From: Bryobacteraceae bacterium
GTDB lineage: Bacteria > Acidobacteriota > Terriglobia > Bryobacterales > Bryobacteraceae
DNA: 64,000 nt
NCBI GenBank assembly: GCA_963844855.1
Contig: CAWJQP010000080.1
Span: forward strand, 536,562-600,561
Direction of reading: 5' to 3'
Position 1 is the stretch's first letter, and every line of letters begins with the position of its first letter. The notes below the pieces were generated by a model. The model did not search any database, had not been told where the DNA came from, and saw only the letters and a list, made by a program, of their open reading frames with translations. Below, piece after piece: positions 41,502-52,137 of this stretch. The position numbers and the translations under genes are program-made.

Positions 41502-42902
41502 ATGTTTCAGACGCAAAAGCGAGTTCTTGTCGTTGACGATGAATTGAACCAGCGGACTGCTGTGGCCGCGATGATCGATCGCTGGGGATTCCTCACAACG
41601 ACCGCCGCCGATGGCGTCGAAGCCCTCGAACGGCTTCGTGAGTTCACCCCCGATGCTATCGTCACCGACCTGATGATGCCGCGCATGGACGGCATGCAGC
41701 TACTCGCCAAGCTGAAAGACGAGGAAGGCGACAATGCTCCGGCCGTTATAGTCCTGACGGGCTATGGAAGCCTGGACACGGCAGTCACGACCGTCCACGA
41801 GTACGGAGCGTTTTGGTTTGTCGAAAAACCAATACGGCCACGAGCCTTTCGGGCGCTTCTGGATCGCGCCGTGGCCCATCGGCGGCTGGGACGTTACAGC
41901 GAATGCCTGGAACGGCAACTGACGACTCAGGGCGTCTTCAGCAAACTTTGCGGCAAGACGAAGGGAATGCAGGAAGTTTTTTTCCTGATTCGCCAAGCGG
42001 CCCCCACTCGCGCGAACATCCTCATCACCGGCGAGAGCGGCACGGGCAAAGAACTGGTTGCGCGCGCCGTCCATGACACAAGCCCTCGACAGGCCGGCCC
42101 ATTCGTTGCTATCAATTGCGCTGCGCTACCGGAAACGCTCATTGAAAGTGAACTCTTCGGGCACGAGAAAGGAGCCTTCACAGGCGCCCTCAATCGTAGG
42201 GCGGGATGCTTCGAGCTGGCCCATGAAGGCACGCTGTTTCTCGACGAGATCGGCGATATGCCCTTGGCGCTGCAATCGAAGCTTCTTCGGGTCCTCGAGA
42301 CAAGGCATTTCCGGCGACTCGGAGGCGCGCAGGAGATCGAAGTAGACGTAAGGCTCGTCGCTGCAACAAACAAGGTATTGAACGATAGCGTGCGCGACGG
42401 ATCGTTTCGTGAAGACTTGTACTTCCGCCTGAGTGTCCTCGAACTTCCCCTGCCGCCACTCCGGGAGCGACTGGACGATCTGGCCGAACTTTGTGACTCG
42501 ATTCTTCGTGATCTCATGACCACGTACGGCTCCTCGATGCCGTATATCCACCCGGATGTCCTGGACGCGTTCCGCCGCCATCCATGGCCGGGAAACGTGC
42601 GCGAACTGCGTAATGTTCTCGAACGCGCGTTAGTGCTGTCGGGTGGCAGCGAGATCGTCGTTTCTCACCTTCCGCAAGGATTCGGAATCCTCCCTCACCA
42701 GCCTCCGAAAAGGTCCCTGGGACCCACTCCGTCGGTCACTTTGATGGCCGGCACATCGCTCGAAGACGCCGAACTCGAAATGATTCACATCACGATGGCG
42801 TACACGAACAACAATCGAGCTCGTGCGGCGGAAATCCTCGGCATCGATCCGAAGACTCTCTACAACAAACTCAAGGAACGCTCAACCTGCGCAGGGGAAT
42901 GA
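41502..42902 (+). CDS. sigma-54-dependent Fis-family response regulator (NtrC-like)
   Basis: Receiver domain (VVDDE...D at TDLMMP), AAA+ sigma-54 activator domain (GESGTGKELVARAVH, GAFTGA, ESELFGHEKGAFTGA), C-terminal Fis-type HTH. Confidence 0.9.
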   Translation: MFQTQKRVLVVDDELNQRTAVAAMIDRWGFLTTTAADGVEALERLREFTPDAIVTDLMMPRMDGMQLLAKLKDEEGDNAPAVIVLTGYGSLDTAVTTVHEYGAFWFVEKPIRPRAFRALLDRAVAHRRLGRYSECLERQLTTQGVFSKLCGKTKGMQEVFFLIRQAAPTRANILITGESGTGKELVARAVHDTSPRQAGPFVAINCAALPETLIESELFGHEKGAFTGALNRRAGCFELAHEGTLFLDEIGDMPLALQSKLLRVLETRHFRRLGGAQEIEVDVRLVAATNKVLNDSVRDGSFREDLYFRLSVLELPLPPLRERLDDLAELCDSILRDLMTTYGSSMPYIHPDVLDAFRRHPWPGNVRELRNVLERALVLSGGSEIVVSHLPQGFGILPHQPPKRSLGPTPSVTLMAGTSLEDAELEMIHITMAYTNNNRARAAEILGIDPKTLYNKLKERSTCAGE

Positions 42903-42906
42903 AGTA

Positions 42907-44809
42907 ATGCGAAGGCCCAGGTGGTCATTACGAACCTGGCTGATTGTCCCCACAGCGGCGATCGTGACGATTCTCAGCGGCGCGGGCGCGTTGTTGCAAA
43001 CAGACACTCTCGTCCGAGCCTGGCTGGGAAGCACACGCCAATTGAGTGAGTTGGCCGCGCGTCAGGTGGCAGAGTACATCATGCTTCGCCTCGAAGACAT
43101 GGATACCGAGTCGGTCCCGGCGAGTCAGCGACGTGTACCGCAGCGGCAGTTCTTCCTCACGCATATCGATAACGACCCGAAACTGGGCGGCTTGCTCGAA
43201 TCAAGCGCGACGGGCGTTAATTCGATCGCAGAGATATCGGTTACGGATGCGAACGGGATCGTGATCGCGTCTTCCAACCGCGCGCGTCCGGGTAACCGCG
43301 CTGCCCAGGCTCAGACACTGGCGTCGCTGCAGAATCTCGACCCACTTTCCCGTGTCACGAAGCGTTTGGGCCCCCGGTCATGAGTATGAACTCCGTATAC
43401 CGGTCGGACTAAAAGGTGACAGCACGCCGCTATTCGTTGTCCAGGTACTGGTGTCCAACGCCCTCCTACGAGAAACTTTGAGCCCCGGCTTCAAAAGGAT
43501 TCTCGGAACGGCAGCGCTTGCCTACCTTGTCGCCCTGGTGCTCGTCTGCGTCGTGGCTGAGGTCACGCGCCGTAATCTACATCGCTTGGGACAGTTCATC
43601 GATCGGATCGGGGAAACCAGTGTGGAACCGCGCGACTTCGAAGACGCCCGCCCGCTGAAACCCGCCGCAACGGCCGAATTCGATGTCGTGCAATCCAAGT
43701 TGACTCTGATGGAGGGCCGTGTACGTGGGGCGCTGCACGAGGCTCAGGACTACAAAGAACGCGTTGGCGCGCTTCTTAAGGGCCTGGAAGAGGCGGTCGT
43801 ACTTTTTGAGGGAGAGAAGGTCGTTATGGTTGCCGGGGCCGCCGACGATTTGCTGGGCTGGCCATCAGGCGACGTGATCTCTCGCGACGTAGCAGATTTG
43901 TTCCCACCCGGCGCATCTCTCACCAAGATCATTCGTGCAAGCTGGAAATCCGGCGAGCCCCTGCATAACGAAGAAATCGAGTGGGCGGCAGGAAGCCGTT
44001 ATCGACGCCTTATCGTAAACATGGACTACATTGCCAATGCAGCGGCGCCGGACCGCGTTTTGACACTGTTACGTCTGCGTGATGCCGAAGGGGCTACCGA
44101 GGTTGAATCGCAACTGCAGGTCGTGAACCGGCTTGAAGCAATTAACCGGCTGACCGGAGGTGTCGCGCACGAGATCAAGAATCCCTTGAACGCGATTGCC
44201 GCGCGTCTCGCATTGCTCGAATCGATCGTTGAAGGAGACATCGAAGCAGAAGGGGAGATCCGCGTCGTCGCCGACGAGATTCAGCGTCTCGATCGAGTAG
44301 TACGCACGTTTCTGGACTTCACCCAGCCACTCGATGTAATGAGGAAGGAAGTGGATCTGGGCGAATTGGCGCGCGACGTCGTCGAACTGGTACAGCCCGA
44401 TGCCGCCAACCGCGGCGTGAATCTGACTTTTCACCAGGAATCGGGTGATCTGCTGTTAACGCGTGGTGACCGGGATCTGCTGCAACAGGCGCTCATGAAC
44501 ATCGTCGTCAACGCGGTGGAAGCTACGCCTTCTGAAGGAGCAGTGCGCGTAGTCGCATCCACAGCCGATCGCAATTGCCGCGTGTCGATTTCAGATACCG
44601 GTCCCGGAATTCCTGAAGCGGTTCGCAGTAAGATCTTCCAGCTATACTTCACGACGAAACGTGGCGGATCGGGGATTGGATTGGCTGTTGCGTTCCGGAG
44701 TCTTCAACTCCATGGAGGAGATATCCGCGTTGAGACCGAAATCGGTAAAGGAACCACATTTGAGATAGTGGCTCCGATGCTGCAGCAGGAGACAGCCGCT
44801 ATCGCATGA
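42907..44809 (+). pseudogene. sensor histidine kinase cognate to the NtrC-like regulator, frameshift at ~43371-43380 (CCCCC homopolymer)
   Basis: The N-terminal membrane/periplasmic piece (42907-43383) ends ...RVTKRLGPRS*. The next frame continues GHEYELRIPVG..., a second TM segment, HisKA (GVAHEIKNPLNAIAARL) and HATPase_c (GSGIGLAVAF...GKGTTFEI). A four-C run would restore KRLGPGHEYEL. Confidence 0.75.
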
Positions 44810-45342
44810 AACGGGTTCTGTTGACTACTTGCATGGTGCTCGGCTCCTTGACACTCAGCGGATGTTGGTTCAAGAAGAAGCCCAAAGCCCAAGCGCCCCC
44901 AGCGCCGGCGCCGGTTCAGGCGCCGCGTGCAGTGCAGACTGCGCCACCCTCGGCGTCACCCAAAAAGGCGCCTCCGAAGCGAAAGCAGGTTTCGTCTACA
45001 CCGCGCGCGGGCCAGCCTGCCGCTCCTCCGAGATCGGCAGAAGTCAATAAACCAATTCCTGTACCCAAGACTGAAGACCCCCAGCGATTTGGGCAAATTC
45101 TCAGCGCCGACGAGAAAACTCAGTACCGCACGATGTACGAACGGAGTTCATCGGCAGCACGAGACATACTCAAAAACCTCACAGCCCGCGAACTTGCCGG
45201 TGATGCGCTTGCGTCGGTAGGACGCATACGCTCCTTCCTGGCACAAGCCCAGGAAGCGGCTACGACCGACTTGTCCGCGGCTGCTCAACTTGCCTACCGT
45301 GCTGAGGTCTTGGCTCGCGATCTGGCTCGATTGCTCCAATAA
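44806..45342 (+). CDS. Pro/Ala-rich lipoprotein, hypothetical
   Basis: Lipobox LTLSGC; low-complexity PAPAPV/PPK region then a helical C-terminal domain. ATGA overlap with the kinase stop. Confidence 0.55.
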   Translation: MKRVLLTTCMVLGSLTLSGCWFKKKPKAQAPPAPAPVQAPRAVQTAPPSASPKKAPPKRKQVSSTPRAGQPAAPPRSAEVNKPIPVPKTEDPQRFGQILSADEKTQYRTMYERSSSAARDILKNLTARELAGDALASVGRIRSFLAQAQEAATTDLSAAAQLAYRAEVLARDLARLLQ

Positions 45343-45345
45343 GCC

Positions 45346-46029
45346 TCAAATCACGACCGGTTGTTCCAAACGAAATGTCAGGACGGACTCTGCCGGGATG
45401 CGCACTTGCAATTTGCCAGTTGCGGCGGCGCCTGCAACGCCTGCGCCGCCGCCGGCTCCGGCCCCGATAGCCGCGCCCTTACCCCCTCCGAGAAGACCTC
45501 CGATGAGCGCGCCTGCGGCCGAACCGCCTCCGATCCATGCCAAATTTCGTTTCTTATGATCACCGCTATTCCAGGTCACATTATTTGTATCTATCGGCAG
45601 TTCTGCGCCGTTCCATTCCATCCGGTCGAGCGTCAATGTGACGGATGCTCGTCCCTTCAACCGGTTTGACTGCGAGGCTTGACGAATCGACCCACGGACC
45701 ACTGTTCCTTTCGGGACAACTAACTTGTTGTCCACAGTGACCGGCGCCGACAACGATGCGATGAAGGAATCACCGAGTCGAACTTGCCTCGTATCGATCG
45801 AGTGATACAGGCGTACCCGCAGCACCGTACCTGCTGGAACGGGCGTTCTGCCAATCGCTGGTTCATCCGCTGTCGCGCGCGATGGCGTATTTGAGGGCGA
45901 CTCCTGCACCGGCGCAACTTGCTGCGCCGTCGTCTTCGAGACCGGTGGACTTGCACATCCGCTGAAGAGAATCGCGCCGAACACGAGCATCAAACCGGCG
46001 TCCGCAGCGGCAAAGTGACGCTTGAACAT
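45346..46029 (-). CDS. hypothetical lipoprotein with C-terminal glycine-zipper segment
   Basis: Likely start MFKRHF... with lipobox LFSGC. WIGGGSAAGALIGGLLGGGKGAAIGAGAGGGAGVAGAAATG is a Gly-zipper-like run. The ORF track extends to 46092. Confidence 0.5.
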   Translation of the reverse strand: MFKRHFAAADAGLMLVFGAILFSGCASPPVSKTTAQQVAPVQESPSNTPSRATADEPAIGRTPVPAGTVLRVRLYHSIDTRQVRLGDSFIASLSAPVTVDNKLVVPKGTVVRGSIRQASQSNRLKGRASVTLTLDRMEWNGAELPIDTNNVTWNSGDHKKRNLAWIGGGSAAGALIGGLLGGGKGAAIGAGAGGGAGVAGAAATGKLQVRIPAESVLTFRLEQPVVI

Positions 46030-46343
46030 ATGCCTCCGAATTGGAGCGACATTGCACATCGAGGGCCGAATATTGTCAGCTAAGCAATACAATCAGCTAG
46101 CGAAGCACGCTGTTGAGTGTCGGCACTTTATTCCGTGCCTGCCACAACGGCTCAAGCGGGAATTTCTCCCGAACTTGGCAAAGTGGCATAGTACGAGGCA
46201 ATGCGGGCGCCAGGCGCGAATCCGATAATCTCAGCGCCGAAGCAAGCTCATTCTGCGCCCCGATCCCGGCTGCTGTTATGGCTTTCGAGATCGTTAAGCT
46301 TGCAGATCGTAAAAATAGCCCGGTCGCGTCATAATCGACTGGA

Positions 46344-47174
46344 ATGACCGGCAACAGCCTCAAACTCATTTCCCGCCGAACGGCCCTGTCCCTGACGTTC
46401 TCCTCTACTCTGTTTCGCTCGCGGCTGCGCGCGGCAGAATGGCGCAGTGAGGAGGTCCGCCGGTTTGCGGCGCCCGAAGCCAATCAGGCTGTGGCCGTTG
46501 ACGCCTCGCACTTTTATGCGATCGGCAATCACGTGGTCGCAAAGTACGACAAGAAGACAGGCAAAAGGCTCGCGGCCTGGGAGGGCGAGAAGGCGCGCCC
46601 GCTGATTCATCTCAACAGCGGCATCGTTCGCAATGGAATCCTTTACTGCGCGCACTCGAACTATCCGGGTATTCCCATGGTGAGTTCCATCGAAATGTGG
46701 AATACAAAGACTATGCGGCCGTCCGGCACATTTAGCTTCGGAATATCCGCTGGATCGGCGACGTGGATCGACTTCCGCGGCAACCACTCCTATGTGACTT
46801 TCGGCCATTACGGCAATCGCGCAGCGGAGCCGAATCGCGACGCTCGTTGGACCAGTCTCATTCAATTCGATGCGGAATGGCGTCGTCTGCAGTCATGGGT
46901 TTATCCCGACGCGCTGGTCGCAAAGCTCGGAGAGTACACAATCTCCGGGGGAGCATTTGGACCCGACGGCCGTATGTACTGCACGGGTCACGATAATCCT
47001 GAGCTGTATGTTCTCAGCTTCCCGGCGGGCGGATCCACACTTGTCCTCGAAGGCGGCTTTGCGACTCCGAATCATGGTCAAGGGATTTGCTGGGATCCGT
47101 CAGAGCAATGGATTCTGTACAGTATCGATCGAGCAAAGAAAGAGGTGATTGTCACCCGAGTCCATTCCACTTAA
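46344..47174 (+). CDS. Tat/Sec-secreted hypothetical protein (~276 aa)
   Basis: N-terminal SRRTALSL twin-arginine-like motif. Beta-rich, no confident family. Confidence 0.5.
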   Translation: MTGNSLKLISRRTALSLTFSSTLFRSRLRAAEWRSEEVRRFAAPEANQAVAVDASHFYAIGNHVVAKYDKKTGKRLAAWEGEKARPLIHLNSGIVRNGILYCAHSNYPGIPMVSSIEMWNTKTMRPSGTFSFGISAGSATWIDFRGNHSYVTFGHYGNRAAEPNRDARWTSLIQFDAEWRRLQSWVYPDALVAKLGEYTISGGAFGPDGRMYCTGHDNPELYVLSFPAGGSTLVLEGGFATPNHGQGICWDPSEQWILYSIDRAKKEVIVTRVHST

Positions 47175-47231
47175 TACCTCATAGTTTCGATCAGCAAAAC
47201 GACTGCTCGAAAGCGACTACTATAAAGAGAA

Positions 47232-48335
47232 ATGGCTCGACCTGACCGCTATTTGATTGAGGCTGCAGCACGCGCTCTCGACGTGCTGGAGCTCTTCAAC
47301 GAGCGCGAGGAAGTTCGTCTCGCCGATGTGGTCGAGAAGCTGCAACTCGTAAAAAGCACCGCGTTCCGGCTTCTTTACACACTTGAAGCAAAGGGCCTCA
47401 TAGAACGCGCGGCGAACGGCCGAGGTTATCGCAAGCGCATGCGTTACCGGATCGGCATGTTATCCATAAGTTCCTCGATCCCCTTCGTGAACGAAGTCGA
47501 TCGAGGCATCGAGGCGGAAGCCAAGCGAGCCGGACTTGAGCTCATGATTCGTCATCACGAGTTCGACTCCTCACTCCTCATCAGCGAGGCGGAGAGCCTG
47601 CTTACAAAGGGTTTGTCGCTGATGCTCTGCTATAACCCGGATGAGCATGCGTCGCACGTAGTTGCCGACCGCTGCGGGAGCGCAGGCGTGCCAATTATTG
47701 CCATCACGTTTCCAATCCCGGGCGCGCGTCTGTTCGGTGTCAACAACTATCGGGCCGGCATAGCCGGTGGCGAAGGTCTCGGCGAGCAGATTTGCCGCAG
47801 GTGGTCGGGCGCCGTCGATCGCGTTATCGTGCTGGACATTTCCGGCAACAGCCCCGCCCAGCGGGCGCGCAACACCGGTATGATCGAGGGCCTCAGGGCA
47901 AATGTTCGAGTGCCGGACGCAAAGATCCTGCACGTGCATACGGGCCATGACGAAGGGGCCCTGCAACTCATGCGGCGCGTTCTTATCGACTGCGCCAAAG
48001 ACCGCCGCATAGCCGTCCTCTGCTACAACGACGTGAATGCGCTGGGCGCGTTGCGCGCGGCCGAGGAGTTGGGCCGCGGCGATCAGATTGCCATTCTGAG
48101 TCAGGGCGCTGTCGCCGAGGTCCGGTCCTGTCTTCGAAAAGCGCGCAGTCCACTGTGGAGCGCCGTTGCTCACTTCCCTGAAAGATTCGGTGAGCGACTA
48201 ATTCCGCATATCGTCCGTGTGCTCCGCGGCGAGGCCACGCCGCCAACCATCTACACTGAGCACGTATTGCTGACCCGCTCTAACTTGGATCGATACTACC
48301 CGACGTCGCGTACCGCCACCGCCGGCCAGATCTAA
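47232..48335 (+). CDS. transcriptional regulator with IclR-type N-terminal HTH fused to a LacI-type (PBP1) sugar-binding domain
   Basis: N-terminus ...LDVLELF...VRLADVVEKLQLVKSTAFRLLYTLEAKGLIER matches the IclR wHTH pattern. The remainder (IGMLSISSSIPFVNEVDRGIE...CYNDVNALGALRAAEELG) matches the LacI-family ligand-binding domain. Confidence 0.6.
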   Translation: MARPDRYLIEAAARALDVLELFNEREEVRLADVVEKLQLVKSTAFRLLYTLEAKGLIERAANGRGYRKRMRYRIGMLSISSSIPFVNEVDRGIEAEAKRAGLELMIRHHEFDSSLLISEAESLLTKGLSLMLCYNPDEHASHVVADRCGSAGVPIIAITFPIPGARLFGVNNYRAGIAGGEGLGEQICRRWSGAVDRVIVLDISGNSPAQRARNTGMIEGLRANVRVPDAKILHVHTGHDEGALQLMRRVLIDCAKDRRIAVLCYNDVNALGALRAAEELGRGDQIAILSQGAVAEVRSCLRKARSPLWSAVAHFPERFGERLIPHIVRVLRGEATPPTIYTEHVLLTRSNLDRYYPTSRTATAGQI

Positions 48336-48360
48336 AGGGATACAATAGGCTCCCGATATC

Positions 48361-50157
48361 ATGCCGTCTGACTTTACTGCTGTAAGCCGTCGCGAATTAT
48401 TCCTATTAGCCCTCAGCGCGCGTGCCGCAACATTCGCGCAAACAAGTTCGACAGAGGATCGAATCTCTCTTGCCGCCGGACCGGTCACACTCGAGTTTCA
48501 ACCCGACATCGCCTTCGTTCGGTACGTACGCATCGGTCAAGCGGAGATACTCCGAGGTTTGTATGCGGCTGTTCGCAATCAATACTGGGGAACGGTTGCG
48601 CCGAACGTTAAGAACATCAACACCACCCGAGGCAAGGATGGCTTTCATCTGACGTTCGATGTAGAGTGCATCGAAAAAGACATAGATTTCCTATGGAAAG
48701 GTACGATCGACGGCAAGGGCGACGGGACACTCCGTTTCGCGATGGACGGGATTGCTCGATCGACTTTTCTTCGCAATCGTATCGGCTTCTGCGTTCTTCA
48801 TCCCTTGAAGGAATGCGTGGGACAACCCTGCACGATTGAAACGGGCTCCGGCAAGCAGCAGACCCGCTTCCCGGAAGACATATCGCCGCATCAACCCTTC
48901 AAGGATCTCCGCTCCATCACGCACGAAGTGATGCCGGGCCTTCGCGCGGAGGTTAGCTTCGAAGGAGATGTCTTCGAAACGGAGGATCATCGAAACTGGA
49001 CGGACGCCAATTTCAAGACATATTGCACTCCGCTTGCGATTCCTTACCCGGTGAAGATCGAGAAGGGCATGAAGATTCAGCAAGCCATTACATTACGCCT
49101 GCTCCGTGCGGAGGGTTCAACCCCGGCTCGACCTGCGGCGAGATCAAATGTCGTAACAATTAAGCAGGCCGGGGCTGCGCGTAAGCTGCCGCAAATCGGT
49201 TTCGGCATGGCGCCCGGTGACCAGCAGCTGTCTGCGTCGGAAGTGAAGCGTCTTCAGGCTCTACGTCCGGCGCATGTCCGCGTCGATCTTCAACTCTACG
49301 GATCTGACTGGAAGCAGCAGCTCAATCGCGCAGCGGAGGCTTCACGCAGCCTTTCCAGCAAGCTCGAATGCGCGCTGTTCGTAAATGATGATGCCTCCTC
49401 CCAACTCGCGGCAGTAGCTCCGGAGCTAGCCAAGACTTCCCTGGCTCGCGTGTTGGTATTTCACGCGAAGGAAAATTCCACGCAGCCCAAGTGGATCGAA
49501 TTGGCCCGAAAGCATCTGCCTTCAGGCTCCACCCTCGGAGCCGGAACGAATATCTACTTCACGGAATTGAACCGGGAACGCCCGCCCGTAGACATGCTCG
49601 ACGCCGTCTGCTATTCCATCAATCCCCAAGTACATGCGTTCGACGACGCGAGCATCATGGAGAATCTCGACGGTCAAGCCCACACCGTCCGCTCAGCTCG
49701 AAAGATCATTGGCTCCAAATGGCTGGCAGTGACTCCCGTAACGCTCCGGCCGCGCTTCAATCCGAATGGTGGCTCTGACCCATCGGCGCGAATCGACCCT
49801 CGCCAGAAGACGCCGACCGGAGCCGCCTGGACACTCGGCAGCTACAAGTATCTGGCTGAAACGGGCGCCGATAGCGTGACCTACTACGAACTAACCGGCC
49901 CGGCAGGCCTGCTGGATGGCGACACCGTCTTCCCGCTCTACAATGTGTTCCGTCAAGTGGCCGAATTCGCAGGCGGCGAGGTCATCCCTCTGCAATCGAG
50001 CAATCCCTTGGCCGTCGAATCGATGCTGGTCAAAAAAGATGGCAAACAGCGTTTATTCATCGCGAATGTGACCGGCAAACCGCAGGAGTTCCGGGACGAA
50101 GTCACCAACCGGAACGGCAAGCTCAAGTCATTCGAAATCATTACGCGCGATCTATGA
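48361..50157 (+). CDS. Tat-secreted hypothetical protein (~598 aa)
   Basis: SRRELFLLALSARAATFAQT twin-arginine signal. Large two-domain protein; the C-terminal half resembles a TIM-barrel fold only weakly. No confident family. Confidence 0.5.
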   Translation: MPSDFTAVSRRELFLLALSARAATFAQTSSTEDRISLAAGPVTLEFQPDIAFVRYVRIGQAEILRGLYAAVRNQYWGTVAPNVKNINTTRGKDGFHLTFDVECIEKDIDFLWKGTIDGKGDGTLRFAMDGIARSTFLRNRIGFCVLHPLKECVGQPCTIETGSGKQQTRFPEDISPHQPFKDLRSITHEVMPGLRAEVSFEGDVFETEDHRNWTDANFKTYCTPLAIPYPVKIEKGMKIQQAITLRLLRAEGSTPARPAARSNVVTIKQAGAARKLPQIGFGMAPGDQQLSASEVKRLQALRPAHVRVDLQLYGSDWKQQLNRAAEASRSLSSKLECALFVNDDASSQLAAVAPELAKTSLARVLVFHAKENSTQPKWIELARKHLPSGSTLGAGTNIYFTELNRERPPVDMLDAVCYSINPQVHAFDDASIMENLDGQAHTVRSARKIIGSKWLAVTPVTLRPRFNPNGGSDPSARIDPRQKTPTGAAWTLGSYKYLAETGADSVTYYELTGPAGLLDGDTVFPLYNVFRQVAEFAGGEVIPLQSSNPLAVESMLVKKDGKQRLFIANVTGKPQEFRDEVTNRNGKLKSFEIITRDL

Positions 50158-50161
50158 CTCC

Positions 50162-51136
50162 TTACAGCGGAACAGCTTGAATCAGTGGCGCGGCGCCGCG
50201 CTCCCGACGAACCTCATTGCGAAGCGGCCGGCCGAATCCTTCAAACGCGATCTCCATTACGTCGCCGTCTTCTAGCGAGATCTCACCAAAACTGAAGGCT
50301 CCCGCTCCGAAGAAATGAACGTGAGCGTCGCCGGGCTGTCGGTGCGCCGAATATTTGAAATGGTGATGTTCCATGTTGCCGAGCGAATGGCACATGTGCT
50401 CTTCGCCGGTAAGCAAATCCTTGCGCCAAATCTCCTTCCCGGAACGCAGCACACGCGCAACGCCGCGGACATTCTCGAAATTGGCGTCGATCACTAGTTC
50501 CGGGCCTATCGCGCACTGCCGGAGCTTCGAGGGAGCCAGATAGAGGTAGTTCTTTCGCTCCATCACGTGATCGGAAAACTCGTTTCCGATTGCAAGCCCG
50601 ATCCGTCGCGGTGTTCCCGACCAGTCGATGACGTAGCATCCGGCAAGTTCCGCTTCATCTCCGCCGTCATCGGCAAATGCCGGTATTTGCAATTCTTCGT
50701 TGTGAGCCCGCAGGACGTAGCCGTTGCCCTTGTAAAACCACTCCGGTGGCGTTCCTATCGCTCCGGGAGCCGGGCGTCCCCCTTCCACTCCCCACTCATA
50801 CATGCGCATTGAATCGGTGATTGTTTGCGCTCCGGTGTGCATCGAATTACGTGTCTGTGCGCTCTTGCGATGGGTAAGCCCCGTGCCACTCACCAGCAGC
50901 CGCGCTCGTTCGCCGGGATGATCAAATGCCGGGAGAAACATTAGCTCGTCCGTGTATTCAACCGAATCGTCAGAGAGGCTGCGTGTAATTACCTCGCTGA
51001 GAGCAGTGTTATTGTCGATGGCCGAAAATGCCAGGTCATAAACCGACCCGAACCCCTCAATCAACCTCAGGCGGTCTCCGTCGACCACACCGACTCGCCT
51101 CTGCAATTCATCCTCAAGAAACTGAACCAATCTCAT
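50162..51136 (-). CDS. fumarylacetoacetate hydrolase (FAH) family protein, GguC-like
   Basis: Starts MRLVQF... like GguC-type FAH proteins; FAH-fold length. The ORF track extends to 51166. Confidence 0.55.
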   Translation of the reverse strand: MRLVQFLEDELQRRVGVVDGDRLRLIEGFGSVYDLAFSAIDNNTALSEVITRSLSDDSVEYTDELMFLPAFDHPGERARLLVSGTGLTHRKSAQTRNSMHTGAQTITDSMRMYEWGVEGGRPAPGAIGTPPEWFYKGNGYVLRAHNEELQIPAFADDGGDEAELAGCYVIDWSGTPRRIGLAIGNEFSDHVMERKNYLYLAPSKLRQCAIGPELVIDANFENVRGVARVLRSGKEIWRKDLLTGEEHMCHSLGNMEHHHFKYSAHRQPGDAHVHFFGAGAFSFGEISLEDGDVMEIAFEGFGRPLRNEVRRERGAAPLIQAVPL

Positions 51137-51207
51137 TGTGTGTGAGCCTTTTCCGATGCCGCGCAAGCGAAGCAGAGCGCGTAGAAATCACGTTACACTA
51201 AATCTAT

Positions 51208-52137
51208 ATGTGTCATTTTACGCTGCTATCGGCAGCACTATTGTGGTTTGCAAGCTCTCTTGTCGCGCAGGCGCCAGCATCGACGGCGCCCTCCGCGCTT
51301 GATAAGACCACGATGGAGCAGTACGTACGGCACCTCTTTGTCTGGGGACCGCAGATCAATGTGAGCGTCGCAGATCCGAAGCCCGCCCCCGATCTACCAG
51401 GCTTCAAGGAAGTGGTGGTAACGGCCAGCGCCGGACAAGCCTCCCAGCAGGATATCTTCTACGTCTCGAACGATGGCCGCCGTATCATCCGCGGTTCCGT
51501 ATACGACGTGTCGAAGAATCCGTTCGACGCCGACAAAGCCAAAATCACGACAGATCTTCAACCGAGCTTCGGAACGCCGGAAGCGCCAGTCGTACTCGTG
51601 ATGTATAGCGATTTCCAGTGCAGCTTCTGCAAGGACGAAGCCAAGGTCATTCGTGAGAACGTAGCTTCCACCTATCCGACACAAGTTCGCGTTTACTTTA
51701 AGGATTACCCGCTCGAGCCGATCCACCCCTGGGCAAAACCGGCAGCAATCGCCGGCCGCTGCGCCTTCCGCCAGAAACCCGCGGCGTTCTGGGATTATCA
51801 CGACTGGATCTTCCAACACCAGAGCGAGATCACCGTCGAGAATTTGAAAGAGAAGGTCACCGAATGGGCCAAATCCAAGTCACTCGAACCGATCCAGTTT
51901 GCAGCCTGCATCGACAACAAGTCGACTGAGGCGGAAGTATCGAAATCACAGGCCGAAGGCCGGGTGCTTGGGGTCAACTCGACACCGACGATGTTCATCA
52001 ACGGACGCCGTCTCGTGGGTCAGGTGCAGTGGCCTCAGTTGAAGCAAATCCTCGATCATGAGATCGAGTACCAGAAGACGCATGGCGGCGGCGAAAAGTG
52101 CTGCGAAGTAACCCTTCCCTCCCCTCTCAGCAAGTGA
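51208..52137 (+). CDS. secreted DsbA-family thiol:disulfide oxidoreductase-like protein
   Basis: Signal peptide. Thioredoxin-fold CxxC (VLVMYSDFQCSFCKDE) with a DsbA-like helical insertion. TGATG overlap with the next gene. Confidence 0.7.
   Translation: MCHFTLLSAALLWFASSLVAQAPASTAPSALDKTTMEQYVRHLFVWGPQINVSVADPKPAPDLPGFKEVVVTASAGQASQQDIFYVSNDGRRIIRGSVYDVSKNPFDADKAKITTDLQPSFGTPEAPVVLVMYSDFQCSFCKDEAKVIRENVASTYPTQVRVYFKDYPLEPIHPWAKPAAIAGRCAFRQKPAAFWDYHDWIFQHQSEITVENLKEKVTEWAKSKSLEPIQFAACIDNKSTEAEVSKSQAEGRVLGVNSTPTMFINGRRLVGQVQWPQLKQILDHEIEYQKTHGGGEKCCEVTLPSPLSK

Noticed and set aside
41927-42523. 198-aa minus-strand ORF, and the similar 29567-30232 and 24979-25620 ORFs
   Set aside because: They lie antisense to the NtrC-like regulator, the SNF2 helicase and the RND pump respectively. 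They are Arg/Ser-rich low-complexity translations and are considered spurious.
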